From Botryllus schlosseri (taxonomy: Eukaryota): a stretch of 64,000 bases of DNA. Within the stretch, counting starts at the first letter, position 1; each line of letters opens with the position of its first letter. The stretch lies in NCBI GenBank assembly GCA_051294905.1, contig CM119371.1:40364001-40428000 (forward strand), in the 5' to 3' direction. Shown one piece after another: positions 26,576 through 39,613 of this stretch. Both the position numbers and the translations under genes were made by a program. The notes beneath the pieces are model-generated. The model ran no database searches. It was not told the origin of the DNA and was given only the letters and a program-made list of their open reading frames with translations.

Positions 26576-28214
26576 ATGTCGGGGAAGCAGTCGGTTCCGG
26601 AGCTGCAAATTTCGCAGACAATAAAAAAGCATCTTCAGAGATCACGTTTCAGTGGGAAGTACGCAGATTTCAAAATCATAGTCGGCAGCAAAGTGTTCCC
26701 AACTCACCGCTTTATTCTCGGAAACAAGTCGGCGTTTTTCCGTGACCTGATTCACAATAACGCGAATAAAGACACCCCAGAATCGTGCGATCATTCGGAA
26801 TACTCAGCAGATGCTGTCGGCGTATGCTTAGAATACATTTACACCGATCGACTCGAATTCGAGTCTCACAACGCGCCAGCTGTTTTGCGCGTCGCGCATC
26901 ACTGGACTTTGCGTCTTGTTGTCACAAAGTGCGAGCAATTGCTGAAGACTAGCATTACATCATCAAACTGTATAAAAACAAGGGCGCTGGCTACGAAACT
27001 TGGCCTTGCGGATCTCGGGGAGTGCGCTAACAAGGTTATTCTCGGGAATTTTGAAATGGTGACCAAAGCTAAAGATCTAATAATTTTAGCAGTTGATGAT
27101 ATGAAGTCCATTAAAGATACTGCTATGGAAAGAGCATCAGTACGCATTAAAGACTTATGGACTCTATTTTACACATGGCACAAACGAAAAATTAAGGCTG
27201 GACCTCACACCTTATGCGAATGCTTGTATATATTCCCGTTCGACCAATTTACAGTCACCGGTTTCAAAGAGCAGATATGGAAAAACGAACACGTGTCGAG
27301 CTGTGACCAGTGTCAGGAAGTCGCGGTACGCGCGTTCCTGAGTACATTTGGCGAACCACGTAAAGACGACGACGTTTTATTCCTTAAAAAGCTCGCGAAG
27401 AAATACGATTTTCGTACGTTGAACGAAATTACGCGCAGACACATTGTAGAGAACCATTTATTTATATTCACAAATCACGGCATGGGTGAGCTCGATAACG
27501 ATGATTTGATGGAGTGCATTAATGATATCGAGGACATGTGCAGTGTGCACGCCCGGCGAGTTTACGGCGATCGTGAAATGGATGATAAAATCAGAAAAGC
27601 GACAAGAAATTTTCCCGCAAATATTTAAATGCGTGGAGGATCCTACCTGCGCGCCGCACAACTTGTTTCTGTCCAGTATTGGCGGATTTTTTGGTCTTTC
27701 CGAACCCACCGCGGCAGAAGTAGCATCTTCTACTTCAAGTGAGCAATATTGGTGGCCGAAATACTGCCTTTTCCTCAAAACGCTAGCGGGAAAATACGAC
27801 TGTAGCGTTACAGAGAAATTCGTGGATCAATGCATAGCCGGGGGTTTTGCCGAGGTCTGTGAAGACGTCGGTTTTTTAGAACTAAGCGCTTCTGACTTGA
27901 TAACTTATTTGTCGTCGAAGTCTACGTATAGCTGTCGCGAAAGCCAGATTTGGGGGGCGATCATGTGCTGGATTCGTCATCACGAGTCGAGACGGGAGTC
28001 GTTTCAAGCTATCTTCGATTCTCTAAAGCTAGAAGAATTTACGACCGGTTTCCTGAGGTCGAACATATTAATCAACGCGTTAGTGATGGAGTCCAAAGCG
28101 AGTGTTTTCTCCGTGATGAGGGAGATTCTGCGAAGATTAGAACTATTGGAAAGCGAACACGCGGAAATGAAGAAAAACCTTCGCAACAAAAGCAATCGGA
28201 AACACACGAAATGA
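26576..28214 (+). pseudogene. Intronless BTB/POZ + repeated BACK-like (kelch-like N-terminal type) gene with one frameshift near 27540-27560; no kelch propeller seen
   Basis: BTB motifs ADFKIIVGSKVFPTHRFILGNKSAFF and CLEYIYT. BACK-like motifs NCIKTRALA...ILGNFEMV and FLELSASDLITYLSS...ESQIWGAIMCWIRHHESRR. ORFs 26576-27628 and 27522-28214 overlap in different frames, and the second carries the FTAIVKW continuation. Confidence 0.85.
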
Positions 28215-29109
28215 ACGACGTATATCTTTATTCCGGAACGTACAGATCTGCTGTGCTCGCTTAAACGCAGACATGTTTACCAAACAAGGTTTGCTGGAAG
28301 CAGTATTGTTTTGTTAGACTTAACCTGGTGCTAACTAGAGAAAGGGTTCCCGACCATTTTTTGGTCGTAACCCCGTATTTGAATTTCAAAATGTATCAGT
28401 TATTCTGTATATGTATACTATTAACACATGAGACTACCGGCTCATTCGTAGATTTCCAGGAACGAGAAATGACAGTCCTATTGATTTCCAGGCACTCGAC
28501 ACTTTAATATTCATAGCAGTGGCCAGATATCATTATCACTTTATGGCAGGTGGTGCTTTAAAATGATGCTCCTACTTCGTTTTTTCTTCATTTAGAAAAA
28601 TGAATTAAGATTTTCAGAAATGACCCGCCGATAAAATCCGTATCCCTATAGTTAACATTCTCGTAATAGTCATTGGTATTTAATTTCCGTCGCCACGTCA
28701 TCCAGAGATAGATAAACGACCCAATGGTGAAAACTCTCGAACTAAAGTCTCACCGGTATCAAATTATATCAGATGTCTCATGAAACCAATATTTGCGGAT
28801 TGACAGTAAACGTTTCCATATTTACTGGATTGCTTATTTGCATAAATTTATATACTTGTTGATCGCAGCACCGTGACTAGGCCTACATTCCTTTCTATCA
28901 GTGGATACCTCATGTAGCGAGGGACTGCTAAACATTTTGCTGACGTGTTCAATGTTTCGGTGAAAATACTTATATTTCAATATTACTTTACTCCACATTA
29001 TCCGTTTTGCTATGCTCCCCGAAGTTTGTAAGTTTTTATATTGATTCGTATCTTTGATGTGAATATAATCTCTATTATCTCGTTGAACTATGTTCTATGC
29101 ATCGCAATC

Positions 29110-30420
29110 ACATAATATTTGCAAACCGAAGGCTATTATGGGACTTCCACTCATGCACTTTGGGCATTTGATCACGGGTGACGGTATCCAAGCTTGCGGT
29201 AGTAGGTGCATGCAGGGCCGTAACAACACTTCGTCAGGCCCCCCAAAAAAAACTTTGGTCTTGGGCCCCCCATAGGGTTATAGACCGAACATCTGGGGGG
29301 CGACCTCCTGTCTGCCATATAAAATATACAATCGCTAAACTAAAAGGTCACACGATTTCAAATTCGTATTTCTTCACTGGCATAAAATTTTTCGCAGCAG
29401 GATGGTATTTGTCTTGTGAGGTTCAGATTGCAAAGACAGGAACATTCGGCGCCAGTCATTTAGGCGCCTATGGACAATTAAACCTATATGTATTTTGTAT
29501 ATATAACGAAGTCTTCGGTCAGCATAAGGGCATAGACCTTTTCGGCCAAGGTTTTCTCGCTGCCGATCGTTCTGGCACACTTCTTGGAGTCGCATGTTAT
29601 ATGGCCTAAAACTTGATTGTATGTCTTGGTGGGTCGTGGCGTGGTAATGGCCCAATACCCAATAATAAAGATAAATGGCTACTTGAGTTCGCGCCCAGCG
29701 CGAAAAAAATTTCAAAAAATTGCATAAATTTTCAAAAAATACTCTAATTGGGGGGTTTGGGGTGCGGCAGTTACGGTGCTGGGTGCATGAGATAGGAGGT
29801 GATATCGTCAGCGAAGAGTGTGGTGTTCGAAGATGTGATATCAAAGACATCATCGACATACATTGTAAAAAGGACCGGTCCAAGAACTGCGCCTTGCAGA
29901 ACACCACAGGTCACAAGATGGGGGAGGACAAGATGATGGATATCGAAACCATTTGAAATCTCCCAGTCGGGTAGCTTTTCATGAACCCTAGTTGTGGACC
30001 CCGGAACCCGTAGCGCGTCAATTTCGAGAGAAGAATAGTGTGATCGACGCAGTCAAACGCTTTTTATTTGGATCAAGGAAAAATGCTACACCTCACACTT
30101 CGTTTCCCCAAGATGTCATAGTACTGTTCAGCCACTGTTAGCAGTGCATGCGAGGTTCGATACTTGTTGCGAAAGCCGAATTGTTGTGGAGAAATGTTAG
30201 ACATCTTGGTGAGGAACGAAGATAAGCGGGAGAGGAGCGCAATTTTTACGAAAACAATTTCGAACACGGTAGGACATATTTATAGCTCGGTAGTTGGTGG
30301 CAGTAGTTATATCTCCGGCTTTGTAAACCGAGACAACTCCGGCAGTTTTCCGATAATTTGGGTAGACACCATTTATTATCAATGGCGGGTGGCGGCGTAT
30401 GTACGACAATGCTGTTAGCG
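29110..30420 (-). pseudogene. CR1/L2-group LINE reverse-transcriptase remnant, split by a MITE
   Basis: Minus-strand translation gives QFGFRNKYRT, KAFDCVDHTILLSKL, GVLQGAVLGPVLFTMYVDD and LFADD, with frameshifts. Confidence 0.88.
29213..29781. mobile_element. hAT-type MITE
   Basis: Imperfect TIR CAGGGCCGTAAC / GTTACGGTGCTG. 8-bp TSD GGTGCATG at 29205-29212 and 29782-29789. Related pieces at ~34090-34293 and, inverted, at ~54960-55460. Confidence 0.85.
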
Positions 30421-30701
30421 AGTCCACATAGTCTTCGTCATTATCGGCGTGAAATGGCTTTGAAATGACATTGCTGTCCATCAAATACATTCATTAAATA
30501 CGATTTATTCCTCGTATATGTGAATAAATGGTCGAATAATGTATCGATTTAGCAATCCAGCCCGCCAAGTACTTAATTTTCCTTTATCCGGCCCGCCGAC
30601 TTGAGAAGTTGCCCGCCCCTGAACTAGTGGATCATACCATTCATTGCGGTGATCGGTCTTCCACTTGTCAATTGGATGATTGAAGTCAGATACAGGCAGG
30701 G

Positions 30702-30768
30702 CATGGTATGGTATGGTATGGTATGGTATGGAAGTAGGGTATGGTATGGATCGATATTTTGGTATGGA
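30702..30768 (+). repeat. (ATGGT)n microsatellite
   Basis: atggtatggtatggtatgg... degenerating towards 30768. Confidence 0.9.
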
Positions 30769-30769
30769 A

Positions 30770-33700
30770 CAGTGACGTGCGGTCCAATGAGGCAGGGGAG
30801 GCAGTGCCTCACCTGTCGTTAGAGTGAGTGAGTGAAATTATGAAAACCCTCGATTATTATTGATATTTCCGTCGATGTTCATAAATAATTAAATCTGAAC
30901 ATTTTTTCACCCAACATCATCAATTTGCCTCATTATTATTCAAAAATACAGCGCGAAAGGAGAGGTGAGGCACGGGTGAGGCACGGGCGGGTCGTGCCTC
31001 ACTTGGAACAATGCAATTTATCATAAATAGCTCGGAATTCATAATAATTGGTATCAATAAAATGCTATCGTCGCACTGATTCCGAAAATCCAAATATTAG
31101 CAGTGTCAGAGCACCAGAACCCCCAAAAAATCGCCAAAGAAGCTGACAGTCGGCTTTATTACAGACAATGCCAAAGCAGAAAAACAATGGCCAGAGGAGG
31201 CACAAACGAATCTAGCTCATGCACTATTCGCTAACAATCGGACAATTGCAGCAAAGTGAAACGCTCTATCGATTTCGGAATCCAACAGTCTCTGTAGGAA
31301 TTGCATAGTAGCGACGACAAATATATATGTTATGTATTTTCCATCCATAGATACGTTAAATTGTGGTATGTGATAGCTACTAGCATGGCCTATTGTCGTT
31401 TTTTTTTGTGGCCTTTATGCTGTGTTCAAATTCAATAGCTGTATAACCTTAAATTATGATATGTGATTGATGTACTTACATAGCCTGCGTTGTCGTTGTT
31501 TGTGGTCGTTTATAGTGTTTTCCTTTCGACTGCAATAGTTATTTACACCAGGTCGATTCTAATGACATCTCTATCCCCAATCATGAATATCACCCTGATT
31601 TGTCACAGGCTGGCTGATGTCTAATCATTTAGGTGTGATAATAGTGAGTGACATATTTAGTTTTGCTGATCAAATACAGAACCGAAGTGATTAAACAGCG
31701 CGCTTGGGGCTCCCAAAATGGAAGAGGATTATATATCCAAGCTTCGGGATTTCTCAAAACTGGAGTTTCGCGCAAAAATAGAAGTGATCGGCAACGGAAG
31801 ACCAACGCCGCAACTAAAAGGTTTGCTTCAAAATATGGGAAAGAAGAAAATGCGAACTTTTCAATCGGACTATGGTATACCCGAAAAGAATGGCTGTGTG
31901 GCTGCGCTTTAAAAAATCGTCTTTACTGCTTTCCCTGCCTTTTGTTTTCAACTTCTAACAATGTCTGGACTACCACGGGATATTGTGACTTGCAAATTTT
32001 GCCACGAAGCCTCAGCAGACATGAGAGATCGACAACTCATATTCAAAGCACGATTTCAGCAAAATATTTCGGAAATTCCAGGATCGATACGGCTGTGAAC
32101 GAACAGCGGAGACTCGATATTAGCATCCACAATGCAAAAGTAACGGAAAACCGAGATATTTTTAAAAGACCTGATTAATGCAACCTGCTTCTTAGGTAAA
32201 CAGGAGCTAGCATTTCGAGGCAACAATGAGAAGGCAAGCTCTACTATAATCGCGGCAATTATGTAGAACTGTTACATGCTTTTGCCGAGAAAGATGAAAG
32301 GTTGGCAAGACATTTGGAGACATCCAGTGTGTTTTCTGGCTTGTCAAATCGAACGCAGAACGATTTAATTGAGGCAGTCGGTGATGTAATTCGTAATGAT
32401 ATAAAAAGTGAGATTAATGCTGCCAAATTTGTCGCTGTAGAGGTAGACGAGACAACGGATGTCACAAATAAAGCACAGATCTCTGTTATTTTCCGCTATG
32501 TAGAAAAAAGGGGATTAGACTGTGAAGTCAAGGAGGCCTTTTTGGGATTTGATGACGTAAGTGAGGACAGACGAGCCTCTGCGGTAGCTTCGTATGTCTT
32601 GGGTGTATTGGAAAAATACAGCTGTGTCGAAAAGTTAGTAGCTCAGACATATGACGGGGCTGTTGTGATGGCATCAGAGCTTAATGGAGTGCAAGCTAAA
32701 ATTAAAGAAAAAGTACCAGAGGCCATGTTCACACACTGCTATGCACACAAGCTTAACCTTGTGCTCCAGCATTCAGCAAAATGTATGCCTGAGAGCAGAG
32801 CGTTTTTTAAAACACTTGAGGGACTAGGGTCATTATTTTAGCAAATCCTCGAAGCGCACCCGTTTATTGGATGAAGTTGTGAAACGGCGCTTACCAAGAG
32901 CAGCGTCCACAAGATGGAGTTCAAATTCCCGCCTGCTACAGACAACAAGCATGTACCAATCTGATCTGCGTGCCGTATTTCGCATCATTATTGAAAATCC
33001 TGACAATTGGGATAATGAAACTCAAATGATGGCCGCTGGATATTATCGTTGGCTGACAAAAGCATCAACATGCTTTTTAATTATGGCATATGAAGACGTA
33101 TTTGGTGAAACAGATGCGCTTTTTAGAGTGTTGCAAAACAAGGTCATGGACATTGGCTATTGTTGTGCGCGAATCCAGGACACCATCGAAGCTGTTGAAC
33201 GCATGAGAAGAGAGTTTAACATGATGTACCAGCGATTTGAACAGAAATGCAGTAGACATGAACTAACCGATAGCGGAAGAAATCAGTCGGTCAGAGATGA
33301 GAGAAAACGAATGTTCTACAGCAATCTGGATAACATCCTTGTTCAGATGAAAGCTAGGTTCGATCATTTTGGGGAGCTAGCTTTCCTCGGTTTGGTCGAC
33401 TGTACAAAATTTAATGAGATGTCACGACATTTTGATGACACCAAACTACAGAGCCTGTCAAAATATGCCAAGTTTTTTGACTTTGTTAGACTAAAGACTG
33501 ACCTCATCGGACTGTACAGCTCGCAAACAGTGAGGAATGAGTGCAAATCTCCAGGAGAGCTTCTGAGATTTTTAATCCAGAAAGATCTGCTTCAGACGGT
33601 TCCAGAGGCCACAAAGTTGCTCCAACTGGTGCTAACTGTTCCAGCTACTACAGCGTCAGTGGAAAGGTCTTTCTCTGCGTTAAAAAGACTCAAGACATAC

Positions 33701-34080
33701 AGTCGAAATAGGACCGATTCAGGGCGACTTTCCTCTTTGGCCCTCATCTCAATTGAGGCGAAGAGACTTTTGAAACTGAAGGAGAACAAGGAGGACTTTT
33801 ACAACGAAGTCACAAAAATTTTTGTGGCAAAGGATAGGCGCATGGACTTTATTTACAAATAATGTCCACAAACAGTGTCCGTTCCAATCCTTGAGACAAT
33901 GTAATACCGAAATTAAGTTCTTGAATAATATTTCTTGTGTTACTTTTCATACTTTTCGTTGGGTAATCTGTAATAAATCGATTAAAACTGAATATTTCAC
34001 GTGCGTGCGTGTTTATGTGTGTGGGGGGGGTCCGTGCCTCCCCAACCACGAACCTCACCCCACGAACCTCACCGCACGTC
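30770..34080 (+). mobile_element. hAT DNA transposon (ZMYM1-like/DUF4371 type), near full length, right TIR clipped
   Basis: Left end CAGTGACGTGCGGT at 30770. Right end ACCGCACGTC at 34071-34080 lacks the terminal ACTG. Subterminal GAGGCA/TGCCTC motifs; contains a transposase. Confidence 0.9.
31718..33862 (+). pseudogene. hAT transposase (TTF-type zinc finger, DUF4371, hAT C-terminal dimerisation domain) with about 4 frameshifts
   Basis: Motifs WLCG...LYCFPCLLF...HERSTTH, LAFRG, GNYVELL, VDETTDVTNKAQISVIFRYV, QTYDGA, HCYAHKLNLVL, TRW and PATTASVERSFSALKRLKTYSRN, spread over successive frames. Confidence 0.93.
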
Positions 34081-34979
34081 TATTTTTATTTTCTATAAAT
34101 CATGCTTTTTTCGTGGGGGAATGGTACTCAATAATCAAAAATTTGGCAACATGAAATCGCGTCCAGCGCGAAAAAAATTTAAAACAGTTGCATAAATTGT
34201 CGATAAGTGATGTATAAATAATTTATGTTCATTCACCGACATAATTTCGGGACCACCAATTAAACAATTTGGGGTGCGGCAGTTACGGTCCTGGTAAGAG
34301 GTCAAAGTCCGGTCGCTGTTTTCTGGTTATATATATAGGCGGATATATTAATTGCATGTGGTATATTCGGGGTCAAATCAAGGTTGTTATAACAGCCATC
34401 GGGGAAGAGTTCATACCATGTGCTTCGAACCAGATGTACGCAATCCGAATTCCCATCTGTGATTGGCAATACGGGAAATTTATTGCATTGGGTTTTGTTT
34501 TAGTGCTTTGTGTGACTAGTAAATCAACTGGGAATGTCATGGAGATATCTGCCCACATTGAATTTGGTACTGGACCCATGCAGTTATTAATTTTAACATG
34601 AATGTATTCCAAACAAAGCTCCGCTCCGTGACGATGTTGGATGCAAATTATTTCATAAATGAAGTAGACTTAACAGCTCCTAAAGCGCGGTAACTGAATA
34701 TATTTTAGAATATTCTACCAAGGGGTATTGTGTCATTATAAACATTTTGCGTTAGCCCAGAAGATACATGTTGCGATTTCGTATGTAGCCACCTCCGACT
34801 AACTGTCGAAAGTATGCGACCACCCTCCTCCGACCAATTATACTTAGATATTTCTGCCACTTGAAGTAGTTTTAACGTGTCTTAAAAATTACTACTTATA
34901 CTGTTAATTGAGTAGAAAATATAGGGAGTTACTTGTGCTACTTGAGTAGCAACGCCGATCACTTCTACAAACTATAGTT

Positions 34980-35857
34980 CAGTGGTTCTCACCCGGGGGT
35001 CCGCGGACCCCTGACCCTTGGAGGTCCGTAAAGTATTTTCAGGGGGTCCACGAAGCGAAGCGAATTTACAAAATTGTTGATAACCTAATTTATATTTTTC
35101 AAACTAGGAAAATCAAGAGGCAGTTTTGCTTCTTTACATTAGAACCCACATCAACAAGATAGCCGTCTGAGATTCAATATCCTGCTGTGTGGACTCCTTT
35201 TAGTTGCTATATTGTCAATAGCCCACTGATACACATATTTGGCTGTATAGACGTGTTTTGCTGGACATTGTGTAAAAAATAAATGGTTTGATACATAAAG
35301 TCAATCACGGAGACTTCGAAATGTTCGCAAAAATCCGTTTTCTTCTGTGATATAGGCCTACATAACCATTTCCCTAATAACTTCAAGATGAGGTGCTAGA
35401 TATAAATTAACAGGCTTGACGTTATATGTTCAATAAAAAAATTTGTTTGTCAAATTTGGTGTCATTGTTGCGATCATATACCCAATTGTGTCGTCGGAAG
35501 CGCTGTGCCTTATTATTACATTCGCCACCACCTTTCTTTGTCTAAATAGATTTTCAGCACTCGTTGATATGAAATCGAAGGCGCATATTTTAAAGACACG
35601 GCCACGTATTTCAAAAAATGCAGTTGAATAATTAGTTTTGAAATAATATAAGTCAACCCAATTTCTACATAAATAGAATGCTGTTAATTTCAGGAAAAGT
35701 AATTTTGTTGCTGTTTATCACTAGTATACAGTTATCAGTTGCAAAAGACAGATGACGATTGTACGATATTGGAGCTAAATTTGAACTAAAACTTCGGGGG
35801 GGGGGTCCGGGAGGGTCCAAAAGGGGTCCGCGAATACAAAAAGGTTGAGAACCACTG
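34980..35857 (+). mobile_element. hAT (Charlie-like) non-autonomous element with a transposase C-terminal remnant
   Basis: TIR CAGTGGTTCTCA / TGAGAACCACTG. Remnant FATTFLC..FSALVDMKSK at ~35520-35580. TSD is degenerate. Confidence 0.8.
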
Positions 35858-36119
35858 CTCAAGTGCATAGTAAAAATATTACGGCAAATCAGAAACCGCC
35901 GAAAATGTAAAGCTTTTCGAATATAGGGCTGGCGTTTAATATTGCAAAACACAAACAAAAAGTCTCGATACCATTTAAAAACACCTCTGCCTCTGTTCAA
36001 TATGGTATTTGGTATTTGTTGTGTAAATGTATGGGTCGAAAAGAGCTTATGATTGGATGATGATAGAGAATCACTGTATTCAAGTTCACCGAAAGACTCA
36101 CTCATTATGTATTACAACA

Positions 36120-36368
36120 ACCCAGGTTTAATAATAATAGATGATTTCAATGACAATATTTTATCTGTTGCTATTGTATGCTAACCGTGATTTCACTAAC
36201 TAAAGCTGAAATTTGATTAATTTATGAAAATGAGAAAAATTAATACGGAAAAAATCTGACGTGACGGAGAAATTATTAGTGCAGAATCGGATTCAGAAAC
36301 CATAAATTAGCCTAAATCAATCATTAAATTTTTGACTCTATTTTTTCATCAAAATTCGTAATCCAGTG
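36120..36368 (+). mobile_element. Possible 3' end of a Chapaev-like DNA transposon
   Basis: Ends ...gaatcggattcag...aaattcgtaatccagtg, resembling from memory the CACTG-type termini of this group. No partner end found. Confidence 0.3.
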
Positions 36369-37701
36369 TTATCTCCGTCTCGGTCAACTTTTGCCCCCTT
36401 AACTTATGATAAATACCTCTTAATAAAGGTATGTTTCATTTTTTGCTGTTCGATTTGTAAATTTGCTTTACTGAGAGTGATATTCCAATTTATGGTGTTG
36501 TATTCTGTTACGAAGGTATCGTGTTTTTGCTTATAATTGTATTTTAATGTCAAGCAAATAGTGCTTTACCCCCTGACACGTTTTCGGTGAGAAGTTTTTT
36601 CCCAAAAGTAAAAAAAATGAAAAAACACATCATTGAAAAGCTGATAAAATTATCTTTCCAACGGTATATAATACGTCTTTATAAGAATTTCTTCTCGGTT
36701 GAGCGAAAATTCTACAGGACTAATATTAAAGACTATAGCTTCAGAAAGTGAGTTGGGATGAGATCGGGTCCTACTGTTTTGTTACTTTCCATTTCAGATA
36801 ATATGATCGCAACTTCTCCTTTACTTGTCGGCTCAAGAAAAATGGATTTCTGAGCGCCAGGACTCAAGTACGAGAGAAAGTCATTGGAGGAGTTTGGTAT
36901 TGAAGCTGCAAGATCCGGACCAATGTTGCAAAAATACTGATTGAACTTTTCTGCTATACTTCAAGCTAGTCCTTGATCATGCTGCCATTCTCGAGTAGCT
37001 CGATGTCAACAGCGCTCTTGGGAGCATTACCTTTAGTTAGGTTGATAATTTCTCCAATGGTTTTCCATGTGTTCTTGGGATCTTTGGAGCACTCTTCGAA
37101 TCTTTTTTGGAAGTATGCTTTTTTGGCATTTTCTTTCATATGTGTCACTTGGTTTGCATATTTTTGTACACTTTTTTGCCTTCGCTTGTGCCTTGCAGAT
37201 AGTAGCAGTGTTGGGACGACTCGAGTCATGACTTGACTCGAGTCAGACTCGAGTCACCTTTTTTGGATGACTTGACTTGACTCGAGTCACTTCGTTGAAA
37301 TGACTTGACTTGACTTGACTTGACTCGACTTATCAAAAATGTGGATTGACTCGTGACTCGAAGCAAATTTCACGAGTCAATTTCAAGTCATCAAGTAATC
37401 GGTGTCGATAAAAATCACAGTATCTCTCATATCTTCGGATTGCTCACGAAACGCTGGTGTAACCCGTGAGAGCGACCAATCATTCAATGATCGTGTGTTT
37501 TACTGACCTAATTGTTCTCTCACAAATATATTGACCACAGAAGAAGTGATCGAAGCTTACACAGCTTACGTTGTCGTAAACTAGTAGTTAAGAAATTTAA
37601 AAGCAAAATATCCATTACTGTTCTCTGTATTCTTACCTTGACCAAACATCTTGTTTTATCGGAATTCAATTCAATTAAATAGTATATTCATATTGAAATG
37701 A

Positions 37702-37745
37702 ACCCGAATATTTCCGGCTGACACTCGTCAGGGGTAATCGTCAGC
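37702..37745 (-). ncRNA. Second copy of the candidate hammerhead (variant ...CC-GGAAAUAUUC-GGGU)
   Basis: Reverse complement reads gctgacgattacccctgacgagtgtcagccggaaatattcgggt. Confidence 0.55.
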
Positions 37746-39171
37746 AACTAGTAGAGAATTGGAACGAACAATGTATATCGACAATCGCATCACAAAATAT
37801 GACGTCACCAGCATGAAATTTCGAATGAGAGAACGTTCTATGTACTATTTTTAGGTGATACACGAACTCCTTTTGTTGACAGAGTTTTGGTTGGTGTATT
37901 TTGATAAAAGTTGATTGCAAGGCACACAAATGGAATTGTGAACGACCTCGACCTACGATTCGAAAGCGGTCGTCTCGATAATTATTCGCACAAATCGGAT
38001 TATCCAACAGATGTTTGCCGATGGCAGAATTAATGGCCTTTGATCGATCAGCATCAATCTTAAGTGGATGAGTTAAGGGTGAGCTTTTCACATCGCGTGA
38101 CGCACGTGTTCTGATAAATCTGGGGACATGTTGGTTTATGCGGTCCTGCAGACGTCTTGACGTTCTTCCCACGTAGCCACAATCACAGTGGCACCTATAT
38201 TCGTACACTAGATTACTTTGTTGAAGTGCAGGAAGCACGTCTTTGCGTGTTGAAGGGAGCAGTTGTGTTGTTGTAAAAATCACATTGGTTTTGACTGTAT
38301 CGTAACATTTACCGACTGCAGAAATCAATTGTTTTTCAAAGCGGGTGGAAATGGGGCCAATCCAAGGTAGATGGATATAAACATCTTTTATTGTTCGTGC
38401 GGTGGGCTCTGCTCGTTTTTCTGCGTTGAATTGCGTTAATTTCCTCTCCATGCCGCGGCTGATGACGTGTTCAGGGTAACCGTTATCAAGTAAGATTTTT
38501 CGGATGTAGTCAAGTTCTAAACTCAGTTTGTTACCCGAACATATCATCAACGCTCTATGCACGAGTGTGCCTATGAGGTTAATTTTTCTGCGCCGAGGAC
38601 TAAATGAATTCCAGCGGAGGTATTGGCCTGTGAATGTCGGTTTTCTGAAAACAGACGTTTCAAATTTGTTGGTATTGCGCTTTTCAACTAATACGTCCAG
38701 AAATGATAACGAGTTATTGCGTTCTTTTTCTATTGTGAATTGCAAGGCCGGGTGAAGCGAGTTTAAGCGAATGAGAAATTGGTCACACTCCGATTCATTC
38801 CTGAAAATGACAAATGTATCATCTACGTATCGGCGGTACAATAGTGGTTTGGCGGACTCACGCTGGGACAGAAGCTCGCCCTCGTAATACCCTACGAAAA
38901 TGTTGGCCAAAATAGGTCCCAGGGGACTACCCATGGCAAAGCCGTCTATTTGGCGAAACATGACCTCGTTAAAGCTAAATTCCACGCAGCAAGTTGCCGC
39001 TTGTAAAAGTTCAACAAAGACGTTACGCGGGATTGATGGTGGCGGTAACTTACCATCGTACAGCGCGTTGGCACAAATATCAATAGTCTCATGCAGCGGA
39101 ACGTTCGTAAAAAGACTAGAGATATCAAATGAGCTCAGAAACACGTCTGGATTCGGCAAATCCAGGTCCAC
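37741..39171 (-). CDS. Penelope-like RT + GIY-YIG endonuclease, N-terminally truncated and probably non-functional
   Basis: RT motifs SFDISSLFTNVP, AMGSPLGPILANIFV, YRRYVDDTF and FLDV. GIY-YIG motif LVYEYRCHCDCGYVGRTSRRLQDRINQH. Confidence 0.92.
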   Translation of the reverse strand: MDLDLPNPDVFLSSFDISSLFTNVPLHETIDICANALYDGKLPPPSIPRNVFVELLQAATCCVEFSFNEVMFRQIDGFAMGSPLGPILANIFVGYYEGELLSQRESAKPLLYRRYVDDTFVIFRNESECDQFLIRLNSLHPALQFTIEKERNNSLSFLDVLVEKRNTNKFETSVFRKPTFTGQYLRWNSFSPRRRKINLIGTLVHRALMICSGNKLSLELDYIRKILLDNGYPEHVISRGMERKLTQFNAEKRAEPTARTIKDVYIHLPWIGPISTRFEKQLISAVGKCYDTVKTNVIFTTTQLLPSTRKDVLPALQQSNLVYEYRCHCDCGYVGRTSRRLQDRINQHVPRFIRTRASRDVKSSPLTHPLKIDADRSKAINSAIGKHLLDNPICANNYRDDRFRIVGRGRSQFHLCALQSTFIKIHQPKLCQQKEFVYHLKIVHRTFSHSKFHAGDVIFCDAIVDIHCSFQFSTSC

Positions 39172-39613
39172 TGTGATTGTGGCTACGTGGGAAGAACGTC
39201 AAGACGTCTGCAGGACCGCATAAACCAACATGTCCCCAGATTTATCAGAACACGTGCGTCACGCGATGTGAAAAGCTCACCCTTAACTCATCCACTTAAG
39301 ATTGATGCTGATCGATCAAAGGCCATTAATTCTGCCATCGGCAAACATCTGTTGGATAATCCGATTTGTGCGAATAATTATCGAGACGACCGCTTTCGAA
39401 TCGTAGGTCGAGGTCGTTCACAATTCCATTTGTGTGCCTTGGAATCAACTTTTATCAAAATACACCAACCAAAACTCTGTCAACAAAAGGAGTTCGTGTA
39501 TCACCTAAAAATAGTACATTGAACGTTCTCTCATTCGAAATTTCATGCTGGTGACGTCATATTTTGTGATGCGATTGTTGATATACATTGTTCTTTCCAA
39601 TTCTCTACTAGTT

